Shown: positions 20,358 to 30,483 of the stretch, in pieces
Numbering within the stretch: position 1 is the stretch's first letter
Layout of the letters: every line of letters starts with the position of its first letter
Source of the DNA: Limosilactobacillus sp.
GTDB lineage: Bacteria; Bacillota; Bacilli; Lactobacillales; Lactobacillaceae
Length of the DNA: 64,000 nt
Assembly (NCBI RefSeq): GCF_030530845.1
Contig: NZ_JAUMUE010000001.1
Strand: one strand, 5' to 3'
The notes under the pieces: model-generated
Database searches by the model: none
Seen by the model: the letters and a program-made list of their open reading frames with translations, nothing else
Told to the model about the DNA's origin: nothing
Program-made: the position numbers and the translations under genes

Positions 20358-20431
20358 AATTTGTGTTAAAGTTTTCTAAATTAATTTGTTAATTGATCGC
20401 GTTTACACTATAATATAGATAAGGATATGAG

Positions 20432-20467
20432 AAGAGTGGTCCTTCTGATATCAGAACAAGCACTCTT
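20432..20467 (+). promoter_or_regulatory. nested hairpin at the 5' end of the hpf mRNA
   Basis: AAGAGTG (20432-38) pairs with CACTCTT (20461-67), enclosing the perfect 14-nt palindrome TTCTGATATCAGAA (20443-56). It starts about 17 nt after TATAAT (20409-14). Confidence 0.5.
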
Positions 20468-20493
20468 GCTTGTACTGAAAGGAGAGAAGTACA

Positions 20494-21033
20494 ATGTTAA
20501 AGTTCAATATTCGTGGTGAAAATGTTGAAGTTACAGACGCAATCCGGGACTACGTGGTAAAGCGCATCACTAAGCTTCAAAAGTTCTTCGAAGATAATGT
20601 CGAAGCAACTGCTCACGTAAATCTTCGGACATACTCAAACCGGACTTACAAGGTTGAGATTACTATTCCACTCCCATACCTTACTGTTCGTGCTGAAGAA
20701 ACTTCAAATGACATGTATGGAAGTGTTGACCTGGTTACTGATAAACTTGAACGTCAAATCCGTAAGCACAAGACCAAGGTTAACCGTAAGTCCCGTGAAA
20801 AGGGCTTTAAGAACTTAGAATTCGTTCCTTCAGAAGGTGAACCTGTTGAAGACGAATTAAAGATCGTTCGTACAAAGCAAATTTCACTTAAGCCAATGGA
20901 CCCTGAAGAAGCGGTATTGCAAATGGATATGCTCGGACATGACTTCTTCGTATTTGAAGACGCCGAAACAAATGGCACAAGCATCGTATACCGTCGTCGC
21001 GATGGTCGTTACGGCTTGATTGAAGCTGAATAA
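20494..21033 (+). CDS. hpf: ribosome hibernation promoting factor (long HPF)
   Basis: 179 aa with an S30AE N-domain and a C-terminal dimerisation domain (DFFVF...IVYRRRDGRYGLIE). Confidence 0.92.
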   Translation: MLKFNIRGENVEVTDAIRDYVVKRITKLQKFFEDNVEATAHVNLRTYSNRTYKVEITIPLPYLTVRAEETSNDMYGSVDLVTDKLERQIRKHKTKVNRKSREKGFKNLEFVPSEGEPVEDELKIVRTKQISLKPMDPEEAVLQMDMLGHDFFVFEDAETNGTSIVYRRRDGRYGLIEAE

Positions 21034-21222
21034 GATAACAAAGGGCTGAGGAGACTCGGCCTTTTTAATTTTAAATTCAATTTAGATTTAGATCCCCAAG
21101 TATAATGTTTTCAAATATTGGGCTGACGTGGTAGAATAATACAGTTAAGATTAAAAATATAATTGGCTTGAGCTATCCCTAAAATTACAAGCTCAAGTAG
21201 AAAAATAGGAAGGAACGCTTTT

Positions 21223-23586
21223 ATGGCCAACATTTTAAGAAAATGGATTGAAAGCGATCGTCGCGAATTACGGCGGATTAATAAAATTGCTAACAAAGTT
21301 GAATCCTACGCAAAGCCAATGGAACAACTTACTGACGAACAGTTACAAGCAAAGACTAACGAATTTCGTCAACGTTACAAGGACGGAGAAGACCTTGACC
21401 ACATGCTCCCAGAAGCTTTCGCGGTATCTCGTGAAGCTGCCAAGCGTGTCTTAGGTTTGTACCCATACCACGTTCAAATCATGGGTGGGATTGTCCTTCA
21501 CGAAGGTAACATCCCAGAAATGAAGACCGGTGAAGGTAAGACCTTGACCGCCACGATGCCCGTATACTTAAACGCCATCTCTGGTGAAGGTGTCCACGTT
21601 ATCACTGTTAACGAATACCTGTCTAAGCGGGATGCTACTGAAATGGGACAACTCTACAACTGGTTAGGATGTTCTGTTGGTATCAACAACTCCGAAATGA
21701 GCCCCGACCAAAAGCGGGAAGCATACCAATGTGACATCATGTACTCAACCAACAGTGAAATTGGTTTCGACTACCTCCGTGACAACATGGCGGTATACAA
21801 AGAAGACCAAGTGCAACGTGGTTTGAACTACGCACTGGTCGATGAAGTTGACTCCATCTTGATTGATGAAGCCCGTACTCCTCTGATCATTTCTGGTCCT
21901 GGTACCGGTACTTCAAAGCTCTACAAGCAAACTGACCGTTTCGTAAAGCAATTGAAGAATGAAGTTGATTACAAGGTGGACCTTGAATCTAAGACGGTTT
22001 CATTGACCGACGAAGGTATCAAGAAGGCCGAAAAGTACTTCAACTTGAAGAACCTTTACGACCCAGAAAACACCGCTTTGACCCACCACTTGGACCAAGC
22101 TTTGCGTGCCAACTACATCATGCTCTTGGACAAGGACTACGTGGTTACTGATGGTGAAGTTATGATCGTTGACTCCTTCACTGGTCGTGTTATGCAAGGT
22201 CGTCGTTTCTCTGACGGTCTTCACCAAGCGATCGAAGCTAAGGAAGGCGTTGAGATCCAAGAAGAAAACAAGACCATGGCCAACATCACTTACCAGAACT
22301 TGTTCCGTATGTACAACAAGCTGTCTGGTATGACTGGTACTGCCAAGACTGAACAAGAAGAATTCCGTGAAATTTACAACATGGAAACCATCACCATTCC
22401 TACCAACCGTCCAGTTGCGCGGAAGGATGAACCGGACCTCTTGTACCCAACCTTGGAAAGTAAATTTGCGGCCGTTGTTAAGCGGATCAAGAGCTTGCAT
22501 GCCAAGGGTCAACCAATTCTGGTCGGTACTGTGGCCGTTGAAACCTCAGAATACATTTCCAAGCTCTTGGATCAAGAACACATTCCTCACGTTGTCTTGA
22601 ACGCCAAGAACCACGAAAAGGAAGCCGAAATCGTTAAGAACGCCGGTCAACGTGGTGCTGTTACCATCGCCACCAACATGGCCGGTCGTGGTACTGATAT
22701 CAAGTTGGGACCTGGTGTTCGTGAAATCGGTGGTTTGGCCGTGCTTGGTACTGAACGTCACGAATCTCGTCGTATCGATAATCAGCTTCGTGGTCGTTCT
22801 GGTCGTCAGGGTGACCCTGGTTTATCACAATTCTACCTGTCACTTGAAGATGACCTGATGAAGCGGTTCGGTGGTGAACGGATCAAGGCATTCCTCGACC
22901 GGATGAAGGTTCAAGGTGAAGACGCTGTGATCAGAAGTCGTTTCCTGACCCACCAAGTTGAATCAGCTCAAAAGCGTGTCGAAGGTAACAACTATGACTC
23001 CCGTAAGAACGTTCTTCAATACGATGATGTTATGCGTGAACAACGTGAAATCATCTACAAGGAACGTCAAGAAGTAATCACCGAAGACAAGTCCCTTAAG
23101 TGGGTATTGATGCCAATCTTCAAGCGGACCATCCAACGTGAAGTGGAAAACCACACGCTTGGTGACCAAAAGGAATGGGATTTACAAGGTATCGTTGACT
23201 TCGCTGAAGAAGTAATCGTTAAGCCTGACACCGTTTCAATTGACGATCTTGAAAACAAGACCCAAGATCAAATGGTCGACTTCTTAATGGGTTATGCCAA
23301 GAAGGTCTACGAAGAAAAGCAAGAAATCCTTACTGATCCATCACAAATGTTGGAATTCGAAAAGGTTGTCTTGCTCCGGGTAGTTGACTCACACTGGACT
23401 GAACACATTGATGTGATGGACCAATTCCGTCAATCAGTTGGTCTCCGTGGTTACGGTCAATTGAACCCATTAGTTGAATATCAGACTGCTGGTTACCATA
23501 TGTTTGAACAAATGGTTGCCGACATTGAATACGAAACCACGCGTCTCTTCATGAAGTCTGAAATTCGTCAAAACGTTACTCGTTAA
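21223..23586 (+). CDS. secA: preprotein translocase ATPase SecA
   Basis: 787 aa with [27 protein letters not shown] and [10 protein letters not shown] motifs. Confidence 0.97.
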   Translation: MANILRKWIESDRRELRRINKIANKVESYAKPMEQLTDEQLQAKTNEFRQRYKDGEDLDHMLPEAFAVSREAAKRVLGLYPYHVQIMGGIVLHEGNIPEMKTGEGKTLTATMPVYLNAISGEGVHVITVNEYLSKRDATEMGQLYNWLGCSVGINNSEMSPDQKREAYQCDIMYSTNSEIGFDYLRDNMAVYKEDQVQRGLNYALVDEVDSILIDEARTPLIISGPGTGTSKLYKQTDRFVKQLKNEVDYKVDLESKTVSLTDEGIKKAEKYFNLKNLYDPENTALTHHLDQALRANYIMLLDKDYVVTDGEVMIVDSFTGRVMQGRRFSDGLHQAIEAKEGVEIQEENKTMANITYQNLFRMYNKLSGMTGTAKTEQEEFREIYNMETITIPTNRPVARKDEPDLLYPTLESKFAAVVKRIKSLHAKGQPILVGTVAVETSEYISKLLDQEHIPHVVLNAKNHEKEAEIVKNAGQRGAVTIATNMAGRGTDIKLGPGVREIGGLAVLGTERHESRRIDNQLRGRSGRQGDPGLSQFYLSLEDDLMKRFGGERIKAFLDRMKVQGEDAVIRSRFLTHQVESAQKRVEGNNYDSRKNVLQYDDVMREQREIIYKERQEVITEDKSLKWVLMPIFKRTIQREVENHTLGDQKEWDLQGIVDFAEEVIVKPDTVSIDDLENKTQDQMVDFLMGYAKKVYEEKQEILTDPSQMLEFEKVVLLRVVDSHWTEHIDVMDQFRQSVGLRGYGQLNPLVEYQTAGYHMFEQMVADIEYETTRLFMKSEIRQNVTR

Positions 23587-23607
23587 CGCGAATAAAATTA
23601 CAATAAG

Positions 23608-23655
23608 GTACGGCAGCAATGGCACCCATGACGGTACCGCTGCCGTACATTTTTA
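23608..23655 (+). terminator. secA intrinsic terminator
   Basis: GTACGGCAGC ... GCTGCCGTAC followed by ATTTTTAT. Confidence 0.75.
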
Positions 23656-23671
23656 TATGGAGGAATCACTT

Positions 23672-24788
23672 GTGGAATTAAGTGAAGCAAAGAAAAAGAT
23701 AGAAGCAATGCACAATGATGTTGCACGCTTCGGGAGGTCTCTTTGACTTAGATGCCCTCGATGCCCAGATTGCGGAAAACGAAAACGAAATGGCCCAACC
23801 TGGTTTTTGGGACGATAACGTCAAGGCGCAAAAGCTGATTAACGAAACCAACGAGCTCAAGGATAAGCGCGACACTTTCGTTCAATTGAAAGAACAAATC
23901 GGTGAGTTGGAAACCAACGTCGAACTGCTGGAAATGGAACCAGATCCTGACCTGGCAGCCGAGATGGATCAGCTCTTTGAAACCACTGAAAAGGCCCTAC
24001 AACAGTACCGTCTGAGTCAATTGCTTAATGAAAAGTACGACAGTAGAAACGCTATCCTGGAAATTCACCCGGGTGCAGGTGGTACCGAAGCGCAAGACTG
24101 GGGTGAAATGCTACTCCGGATGTACATTCGTTGGGGTGAACAACACGGATTTACGGTGGAAACCGCCAGTTACGAAGCCGGTGAAACTGCCGGTGTGAAG
24201 AGCGTGACGCTTTTGATCAAGGGTCACAACGCCTTTGGTTACCTTCGTAGCGAAAAGGGTGTTCACCGCCTTGTCCGGATTTCACCATTCGATGCTGCGG
24301 GCCGTCGTCATACTTCATTTGCCTCCGTCGATGTCATGCCTGAATTGGACGAAGACGTCAACATCGATATCGACCCATCAGACTTACGGATTGATACCTT
24401 CCGTTCCAGTGGTGCGGGTGGTCAGCACATTAACAAGACCGAATCAGCCGTCCGGATTACCCACTTGCCAACCGGGATTGTGACCTCATCACAGGCAGAA
24501 CGTTCCCAACTGCAAAACCGGGAAACCGCGATGAACATGCTGAAGTCTAAACTGTACGAACTTGAAGAAGAAAAGAAGGCTAAACAACGTGCCGAGATCG
24601 AGGGTGAACAACTCGAAATCGGTTGGGGTTCACAAATTCGCTCCTACGTTTTCCACCCATATACCTTGGTAAAGGACAACCGGAGCAACTACGAAACCCA
24701 TAACGGTCAAGCGGTAATGGATGGCGATTTAGACCCATTCATCAACGCTTACTTGCAATGGAAATTAAGCCTCAAAAATCCGCAGTAA
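23672..24788 (+). CDS. prfB: peptide chain release factor 2, requires +1 frameshift at 23741-23747
   Basis: Frame 0 runs GTG 23672 ... CTT TGA (stop 23744-46) and encodes [24 protein letters not shown]. The +1 frame continues DLDALDAQ..., with the SPF and GGQ motifs ([11 protein letters not shown]) downstream. Confidence 0.93.
23732..23747 (+). other. prfB programmed +1 frameshift site
   Basis: GGGAGG TCT CTT TGA C: an internal SD-like element 3 nt before the CUU UGA C slippery stop, the same layout as E. coli prfB. Confidence 0.9.
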
Positions 24789-24845
24789 ACATAATTGCAG
24801 TTGCATAAAAAAGCAGGTAATATTTAACGTATAGGGGGTGTTTTG

Positions 24846-25184
24846 ATGAGAGAAGATCGTCACAAAAAGTTAACGCGGTCATCGTCAGATAAGATGGTGG
24901 CTGGTGTGTTAGGTGGATTTGGTCAGTACCTGGGATGGTCAGCTAATCTTTTGCGGATTTCCTACGTGATTTTTACCATCATTTCAGGTGTTGTACCGGG
25001 TGTACTTATTTACCTGATCACGGTTCTCATCATGCCACCTGACCCAAATGATACTAGTCTCTTTGGGCTGTTTCAGACGCTTGCTAATATGCAAAAGCAC
25101 GCCGGAGAAGGGGATCAATCCCACTCACGACGCACACTGACAGATGTTGAAGAACAAGATATCAAAAGAAATGGAAGAGATTAA
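24846..25184 (+). CDS. PspC-domain membrane protein (YvlC-like)
   Basis: KLTRSSSDKMVAGVLGGFGQYLGW PspC motif. ATG 24846 follows GGGGGTG. Confidence 0.8.
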   Translation: MREDRHKKLTRSSSDKMVAGVLGGFGQYLGWSANLLRISYVIFTIISGVVPGVLIYLITVLIMPPDPNDTSLFGLFQTLANMQKHAGEGDQSHSRRTLTDVEEQDIKRNGRD

Positions 25185-25537
25185 TGACTTTTGCTAAGAA
25201 GGTTTTAATTAACACGATTTTATTTATTGCCCTCGCTGGGTTGTTCACGGGAACTGGATTGATCTACGTGAGCCACGCCTGGGTTGCATTCCTGGCCGCC
25301 TTTGTGCTTGGTGCTTTGAATGTGATGGTCAAGCCGGTTCTCTTGGCATTGACTTTACCCATCAACGTCTTAACCTTGGGATTTTTCAGTGTCGTGATCA
25401 ACGGAATCATGCTGGAACTGACCTCGATGGTGATTGGCGAGAGCAACTTCAGCTTTTCCTCATTTTGGGGAGCAATGCTAATCGCAATTATTATGTCAAT
25501 CTGTAATGCGGTGATTGCTGATCACCAAACGGATTAA
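25184..25537 (+). CDS. YvlD-like membrane protein (Phage_holin_4_2 family)
   Basis: 117 aa, 4 TM. TAATG overlap with the upstream gene. The yvlC-yvlD position upstream of hprK is conserved. Confidence 0.75.
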   Translation: MTFAKKVLINTILFIALAGLFTGTGLIYVSHAWVAFLAAFVLGALNVMVKPVLLALTLPINVLTLGFFSVVINGIMLELTSMVIGESNFSFSSFWGAMLIAIIMSICNAVIADHQTD

Positions 25538-25551
25538 AAGGAGTGAGTAAT

Positions 25552-26508
25552 TTGGCAAACCACGTAACGGTTCAAGAATTAGTCGACAAGGTCCGCCTGA
25601 AGGTTTTACAAGGCGAAGAATACCTTGAACGGACAATTACCACTAGTGATATTTCCCGTCCAGCCCTGGAATTCGCAGGGTATTTCAAACACTACCCAGC
25701 AATGCGGATTCAACTGCTCGGGATTACCGAAATTTCCTTCTCTAAGGATCTGACAAGTGAACAAATGCTCGAATACATGACCCGGATGTGTACGCCACAG
25801 ACGCCATGTTTCGTGATCTCAACGAACTTGCCAATCCCTGAAGAACTCAAGAAGGCGGCTGAGAATGCAAAGATTCCGATTTTAGGAACCCACTTAACCT
25901 CATCACAAATCTTGAGTAACATGACCTCATACCTGTTGGGGCGTCTGGCACCGCGGAAGTCCCTCCACGGTGTTTTGGTCGACATCAGTGGGGTTGGGGT
26001 GCTGATCACGGGTGACTCTGGTGTTGGTAAGAGTGAAACCGCACTGGAACTTGTTCGGCGTGGTCACCGACTGGTAGCTGATGACCGGGTCGAAGTTTAT
26101 GCTCGTGATGAACAAACCCTGGTCGGTACCGCACCAGCAATTTTGCAACACTTGATGGAAATTCGTGGTATCGGGATCATCGACGTTTCGACCCTGTACG
26201 GTACTGGTGCGATTATGCCGGAAGATAACATCAACCTGATCGTGCACCTGGAAACGTGGACTCCTGACACCAAGTTTGACCGCCTCGGTGACCGTGGTGA
26301 CAAGCAAACCATCCAAGGTGTGATCATTCCAAAGGTTTCCGTACCTGTTAAGACTGGTCGGAACCTGGCCATCATCATCGAATCAGCTGCGATGAACTAC
26401 CGTGCTGAAACGATGGGATACGATGCAACCAAGACCTTTGATGACAACCTGAACCGCCTGATCCAACAAAACTCCGCTAAGGACACCAAGGAGAAGGAAA
26501 AGAAATGA
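25552..26508 (+). CDS. hprK: HPr kinase/phosphorylase
   Basis: Walker A GDSGVGKSE and the LMEIRGIGIIDV signature. AAAGGAG RBS lies 8 nt before TTG 25552; the track start GTG 25543 abuts the RBS. Confidence 0.93.
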   Translation: MANHVTVQELVDKVRLKVLQGEEYLERTITTSDISRPALEFAGYFKHYPAMRIQLLGITEISFSKDLTSEQMLEYMTRMCTPQTPCFVISTNLPIPEELKKAAENAKIPILGTHLTSSQILSNMTSYLLGRLAPRKSLHGVLVDISGVGVLITGDSGVGKSETALELVRRGHRLVADDRVEVYARDEQTLVGTAPAILQHLMEIRGIGIIDVSTLYGTGAIMPEDNINLIVHLETWTPDTKFDRLGDRGDKQTIQGVIIPKVSVPVKTGRNLAIIIESAAMNYRAETMGYDATKTFDDNLNRLIQQNSAKDTKEKEKK

Positions 26509-27317
26509 TGGCTGCGCTCAACCCGATTGCTGTCCAATTCGGCAGTCTTCAGGTCCACTGGTATGGTGTGATTATTGCGACAGGTGTTGTGATTGCTCTG
26601 ATTCTGTCAGTTCGCGAGGGGAAGAAGTTAGGGATTGATGAAGATTACTTCTACGACTTCCTCTTGTGGGCGATCCCAATCGCAATCATCAGCGCACGGA
26701 CCTATTACGTCATCTTCCAGTGGCCATATTATTCGGTCCATCCGGGTGAAATCATCGCTGTCTGGGACGGGGGAATCGCCATTTACGGCGCCATTATTGG
26801 GGGATTTTTGACCCTCTACTTCTTCTGCCGTGCCCGCCAGCTGTCAATTTGGACGATGGTTGATATCATTGCGCCGACGCTGATCATGGCCCAGGGGATC
26901 GGACGCTGGGGTAACTTCATGAACCAGGAAGCTTTCGGTCACATCACGACCAAGGCCACACTGCTTTCCCAGCACATCCCACACTGGATCATCCAGCAAA
27001 TGTACATCGGCGGTCACTACCGGGTTCCAACCTTCTTATATGAATCACTATGGGACTTGGCAGGCTTCGCACTTTTGTTGACTCTGCGACACAAAAAGCA
27101 ACTCTTTAAGCACGGTGAAATTTTCCTTTCATACGTGGTCTGGTATGCGATTGGTCGTGCGGTCATTGAGGGCATGCGAACGGATAGTTTGATGCTTGGA
27201 CCAATTCGGGTTTCACAATTATTGTCGTTAGTATTTTTGATCAGTGCCATTGTGATCGTGATTGTCAGAAGACGCTCGCGGGATTTGCCATGGTACTGGG
27301 ATAAGCAAGTGAATTAA
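26505..27317 (+). CDS. lgt: prolipoprotein diacylglyceryl transferase
   Basis: Polytopic protein with the GRWGNFMNQEAFG motif. ATGA overlap with hprK. Confidence 0.93.
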   Translation: MMAALNPIAVQFGSLQVHWYGVIIATGVVIALILSVREGKKLGIDEDYFYDFLLWAIPIAIISARTYYVIFQWPYYSVHPGEIIAVWDGGIAIYGAIIGGFLTLYFFCRARQLSIWTMVDIIAPTLIMAQGIGRWGNFMNQEAFGHITTKATLLSQHIPHWIIQQMYIGGHYRVPTFLYESLWDLAGFALLLTLRHKKQLFKHGEIFLSYVVWYAIGRAVIEGMRTDSLMLGPIRVSQLLSLVFLISAIVIVIVRRRSRDLPWYWDKQVN

Positions 27318-27327
27318 GGAGAATATT

Positions 27328-28344
27328 ATGTCAGAAAAAATCGCTGTATTAGGTGCCGGCTCATGGGGTAGCACCTTAGCAAACGTTTTGACGCTCAACG
27401 GACACTCAGTTAAGCTCTGGGCGCGTAACCAAGAACAAGTTGACCTTTTGAACAAGGAACACATCAATCCAAAGTACATGAAGGATTTCGTTTATTCTTC
27501 TGACCTGGTCGCTACCACTGACATGAAGGATGCTGTGGAAGGTGCCAGCGTGATCTTGATCGTAATTCCTACCAAGGCTTTGCGGTTTGTGACTGAACAA
27601 CTCAACAAGGTATTGGACGAACTCGGTCAAACATCACTCTTGATCCACGCGACAAAAGGGCTCGAACAAAACACCTATAAGCGCCCATCAGAAATGATCG
27701 CTGAAGATATCGACGAGGCACACCGTTCTGGGATCGTTGTGCTATCAGGCCCTAGCCACGCCGAATCTGTTTCCATTAAGGACATGACCGCCGTGACCGC
27801 TGCTTGCGAAGATACGCAAAAGGCCAAGATCGTGCAAAAGCTCTTCAGTAACAACTACTTCCGGGTTTACACCAACTCTGATGTGATCGGTGCCGAATTC
27901 GGTGCTGCTCTGAAGAACATCATTGCCATCGGTGCCGGTGCGCTCCAAGGACTCGGCTACCACGACAACGCCCGGGCTGCTTTGATCACCCGTGGTTTGG
28001 CGGAAATCCGTCGTCTTGGTGTAGCATTCGGTGCTAACCCAATGACATTTATCGGACTCTCTGGTGTTGGTGACCTGGTCGTGACCGCAACTAGTAAGAA
28101 CTCTCGTAACTGGCGCGCTGGATTCCAACTTGGTGAAGGCAAGAAGCTCGATGACGTGATGCAAAACATGGGTATGGTCATAGAAGGGGTTTACACCACC
28201 AAGGCTGCCTACGAATTAAGTCGCAAGCGCCAAGTGAAAATGCCAATCACAGAAGCCCTTTACGAAGTGCTCTACGAAGGAAAAGACATTAAAGATGCAA
28301 TTTCTCAACTGATGAATCGAGACTTAACCTCCGAAAACGAATAA
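27328..28344 (+). CDS. gpsA: NAD(P)H-dependent glycerol-3-phosphate dehydrogenase
   Basis: VLGAGSWGS, KGLE, and GLSGVGDLVVT motifs. Confidence 0.93.
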   Translation: MSEKIAVLGAGSWGSTLANVLTLNGHSVKLWARNQEQVDLLNKEHINPKYMKDFVYSSDLVATTDMKDAVEGASVILIVIPTKALRFVTEQLNKVLDELGQTSLLIHATKGLEQNTYKRPSEMIAEDIDEAHRSGIVVLSGPSHAESVSIKDMTAVTAACEDTQKAKIVQKLFSNNYFRVYTNSDVIGAEFGAALKNIIAIGAGALQGLGYHDNARAALITRGLAEIRRLGVAFGANPMTFIGLSGVGDLVVTATSKNSRNWRAGFQLGEGKKLDDVMQNMGMVIEGVYTTKAAYELSRKRQVKMPITEALYEVLYEGKDIKDAISQLMNRDLTSENE

Positions 28345-28397
28345 GTATGGTAAAATACTTAAGAGAGAAATTGATGTAACGAAAGGATTTTATTGTT

Positions 28398-29309
28398 ATG
28401 AAACGTGTAAGAAAGGCAATTATTCCTGCCGCAGGGTTAGGTACCCGCTTTTTACCAGCAACAAAGGCTTTAGCAAAGGAAATGCTTCCGATTGTTGATA
28501 AGCCAACAATTCAATTTATCGTAGAAGAAGCCCGCAAGTCTGGTATTGAAGACATTGTTGTTGTTGATGGTAAGAACAAGCGGTCAATCGAAGACCACTT
28601 TGACTCCAACCCTGAATTGGAAGACAACTTGCGTTCAAAGCACAAGGACGAAATGTTGAAGTTGGTTGAAGAAACCACTGATATCAATATTTACTTCATC
28701 CGTCAATCACACCCACGTGGTTTAGGGGATGCTGTTTTGACTGCTCGTGACTTTATCGGTGATGAACCATTTGTTGTTATGCTTGGGGATGACCTCAACA
28801 ACATCAACAACAACGGTGAACCGCTCACTAAGCAATTGATTGATAGTTACGAACAAACTGGCGCATCAACCCTTGCAGTTATGCGTGTACCACACGAAGA
28901 TACTTCTAAGTACGGTGTGATTAACCCAAGTAAGGAAGTTACTCCAGGTCTTTACAACGTTACTAATTTCGTTGAAAAGCCTGCACCAAAGGACGCTCCT
29001 AGTGACTTGGCAATCATCGGTCGTTACGTATTTACCCCAGAAATCTTTGATGTTTTAGCTAACACCAAGCCAGGTAAGGGTAACGAAATTCAATTGACTG
29101 ATGCTATCGACACTTTGAACCAAACTCAACGCGTGTTTGCTCGTGAATACAAGGGTGACCGTTACGATGTTGGTAACAAGTTCGGTTGGGTTATGACTAA
29201 CATTGAATATGGTCTGCAACACCCACAAGTTAAGGATGAATTACGCGAATACATCAAGGAACTTGGTACTAAGTTCGCTGAAGAAGACAAGAAGTCTGCT
29301 AAGAAGTAA
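28398..29309 (+). CDS. galU: UTP--glucose-1-phosphate uridylyltransferase
   Basis: [18 protein letters not shown] and VDKP motifs. Confidence 0.93.
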   Translation: MKRVRKAIIPAAGLGTRFLPATKALAKEMLPIVDKPTIQFIVEEARKSGIEDIVVVDGKNKRSIEDHFDSNPELEDNLRSKHKDEMLKLVEETTDINIYFIRQSHPRGLGDAVLTARDFIGDEPFVVMLGDDLNNINNNGEPLTKQLIDSYEQTGASTLAVMRVPHEDTSKYGVINPSKEVTPGLYNVTNFVEKPAPKDAPSDLAIIGRYVFTPEIFDVLANTKPGKGNEIQLTDAIDTLNQTQRVFAREYKGDRYDVGNKFGWVMTNIEYGLQHPQVKDELREYIKELGTKFAEEDKKSAKK

Positions 29310-29439
29310 TTTTTCCATTACACATCAAATAAGGACTGGGATCTTAAGTCGCAGTCCTTATTTTTATTAAGCAAAATGATAGACAAAGATTCAAAATATT
29401 ACTATCATTGATTTGATATGGATACGAGGAGGAATAATC

Positions 29440-30369
29440 ATGGCGGATAAGAATTATGATGTTATCGTTATCGGTGCCGGCCCAGCTGGTATGACCACTG
29501 CATTGTACGCATCACGTGCAAACCTCAAAGTCGTTATGCTCGACCGGGGTGCATACGGTGGTAACCTGAATAACACCGCATCAATCGTTAACTATTCTGG
29601 CTTTAAGGATGTTCAAGGGCCAGAATTAGCCGAAAAGATGTACCAAGGTTCCACCCAATTCGGTGCAGAATACGCATACGGTACTGTGACCAAGGTTGAA
29701 TTGGACGGCGACAACAAGCGCATCACAACCGACATGGGTGATACATACGTTGCTCCGGTTGTCGTAATCGCAACTGGTTCTGAACACCGTAAGTTGGCCG
29801 TTCCCGGTGAAGAAGAATTCGGTGGTCGCGGTGTATCATACTGTGCGATCTGTGACGGTGCATTCTTCAAGAATAAGCATCTGATCGTTGTCGGCGGTGG
29901 TGACTCCGCTGTTGAAGAAGGTCTCTACTTGGCTGAATTAGCTTCCAAGGTGACTGTCCTGGTACGGAAGGGCGAATTACGTGCTCAACCAGTGATCCAA
30001 GACGAAGCCATGAAGAATGACAAGATGGAATTTGTCTACAACACCAGTGTCACAGAAATTATGGGTGACGACGTGAAGGTTACGGGCGTTAAGACCCATA
30101 ACAACGAAACTGGTGAAGACGGTGAAATGACTGCTGACGGTGTATTTATCTACGTTGGTAACGTGCCATTGACCGAACCATTCAAGGACCTCGGTATCTT
30201 GGATGACAAGGGTTGGGTCAAGACTGACAACATTATGCAGACATCAATTCCAGGTATCTACGCGATCGGGGATGTCCGTGAAACACCGCTCCGCCAAGTT
30301 GCGACTGCGGTTGGTGACGGTGCCATCGCTGGTCAACAAGCCTACCAATACATTAAGAGTCATAAGTAA
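29440..30369 (+). CDS. trxB: thioredoxin-disulfide reductase
   Basis: VIVIGAGPAG, redox CAIC, and GGGDSA motifs. GAGGAGG RBS precedes ATG 29440. Confidence 0.92.
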   Translation: MADKNYDVIVIGAGPAGMTTALYASRANLKVVMLDRGAYGGNLNNTASIVNYSGFKDVQGPELAEKMYQGSTQFGAEYAYGTVTKVELDGDNKRITTDMGDTYVAPVVVIATGSEHRKLAVPGEEEFGGRGVSYCAICDGAFFKNKHLIVVGGGDSAVEEGLYLAELASKVTVLVRKGELRAQPVIQDEAMKNDKMEFVYNTSVTEIMGDDVKVTGVKTHNNETGEDGEMTADGVFIYVGNVPLTEPFKDLGILDDKGWVKTDNIMQTSIPGIYAIGDVRETPLRQVATAVGDGAIAGQQAYQYIKSHK

Positions 30370-30483
30370 TAAAAAGTCGGCTAGTTGCCGGCTTTTTTGT
30401 GTGGGTTAAAATTAGACTATTTCAAGGGTTACCGAGTTGCGGTATACTAGTTAAAGATTAAAAAACGTAAAGGAGACTTTATT

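Noticed and set aside
25184-25537. Holin-family gene as a prophage remnant
   Set aside because: No other phage genes are present. The pspC-like/yvlD-like pair upstream of hprK-lgt is a conserved chromosomal arrangement in Firmicutes.
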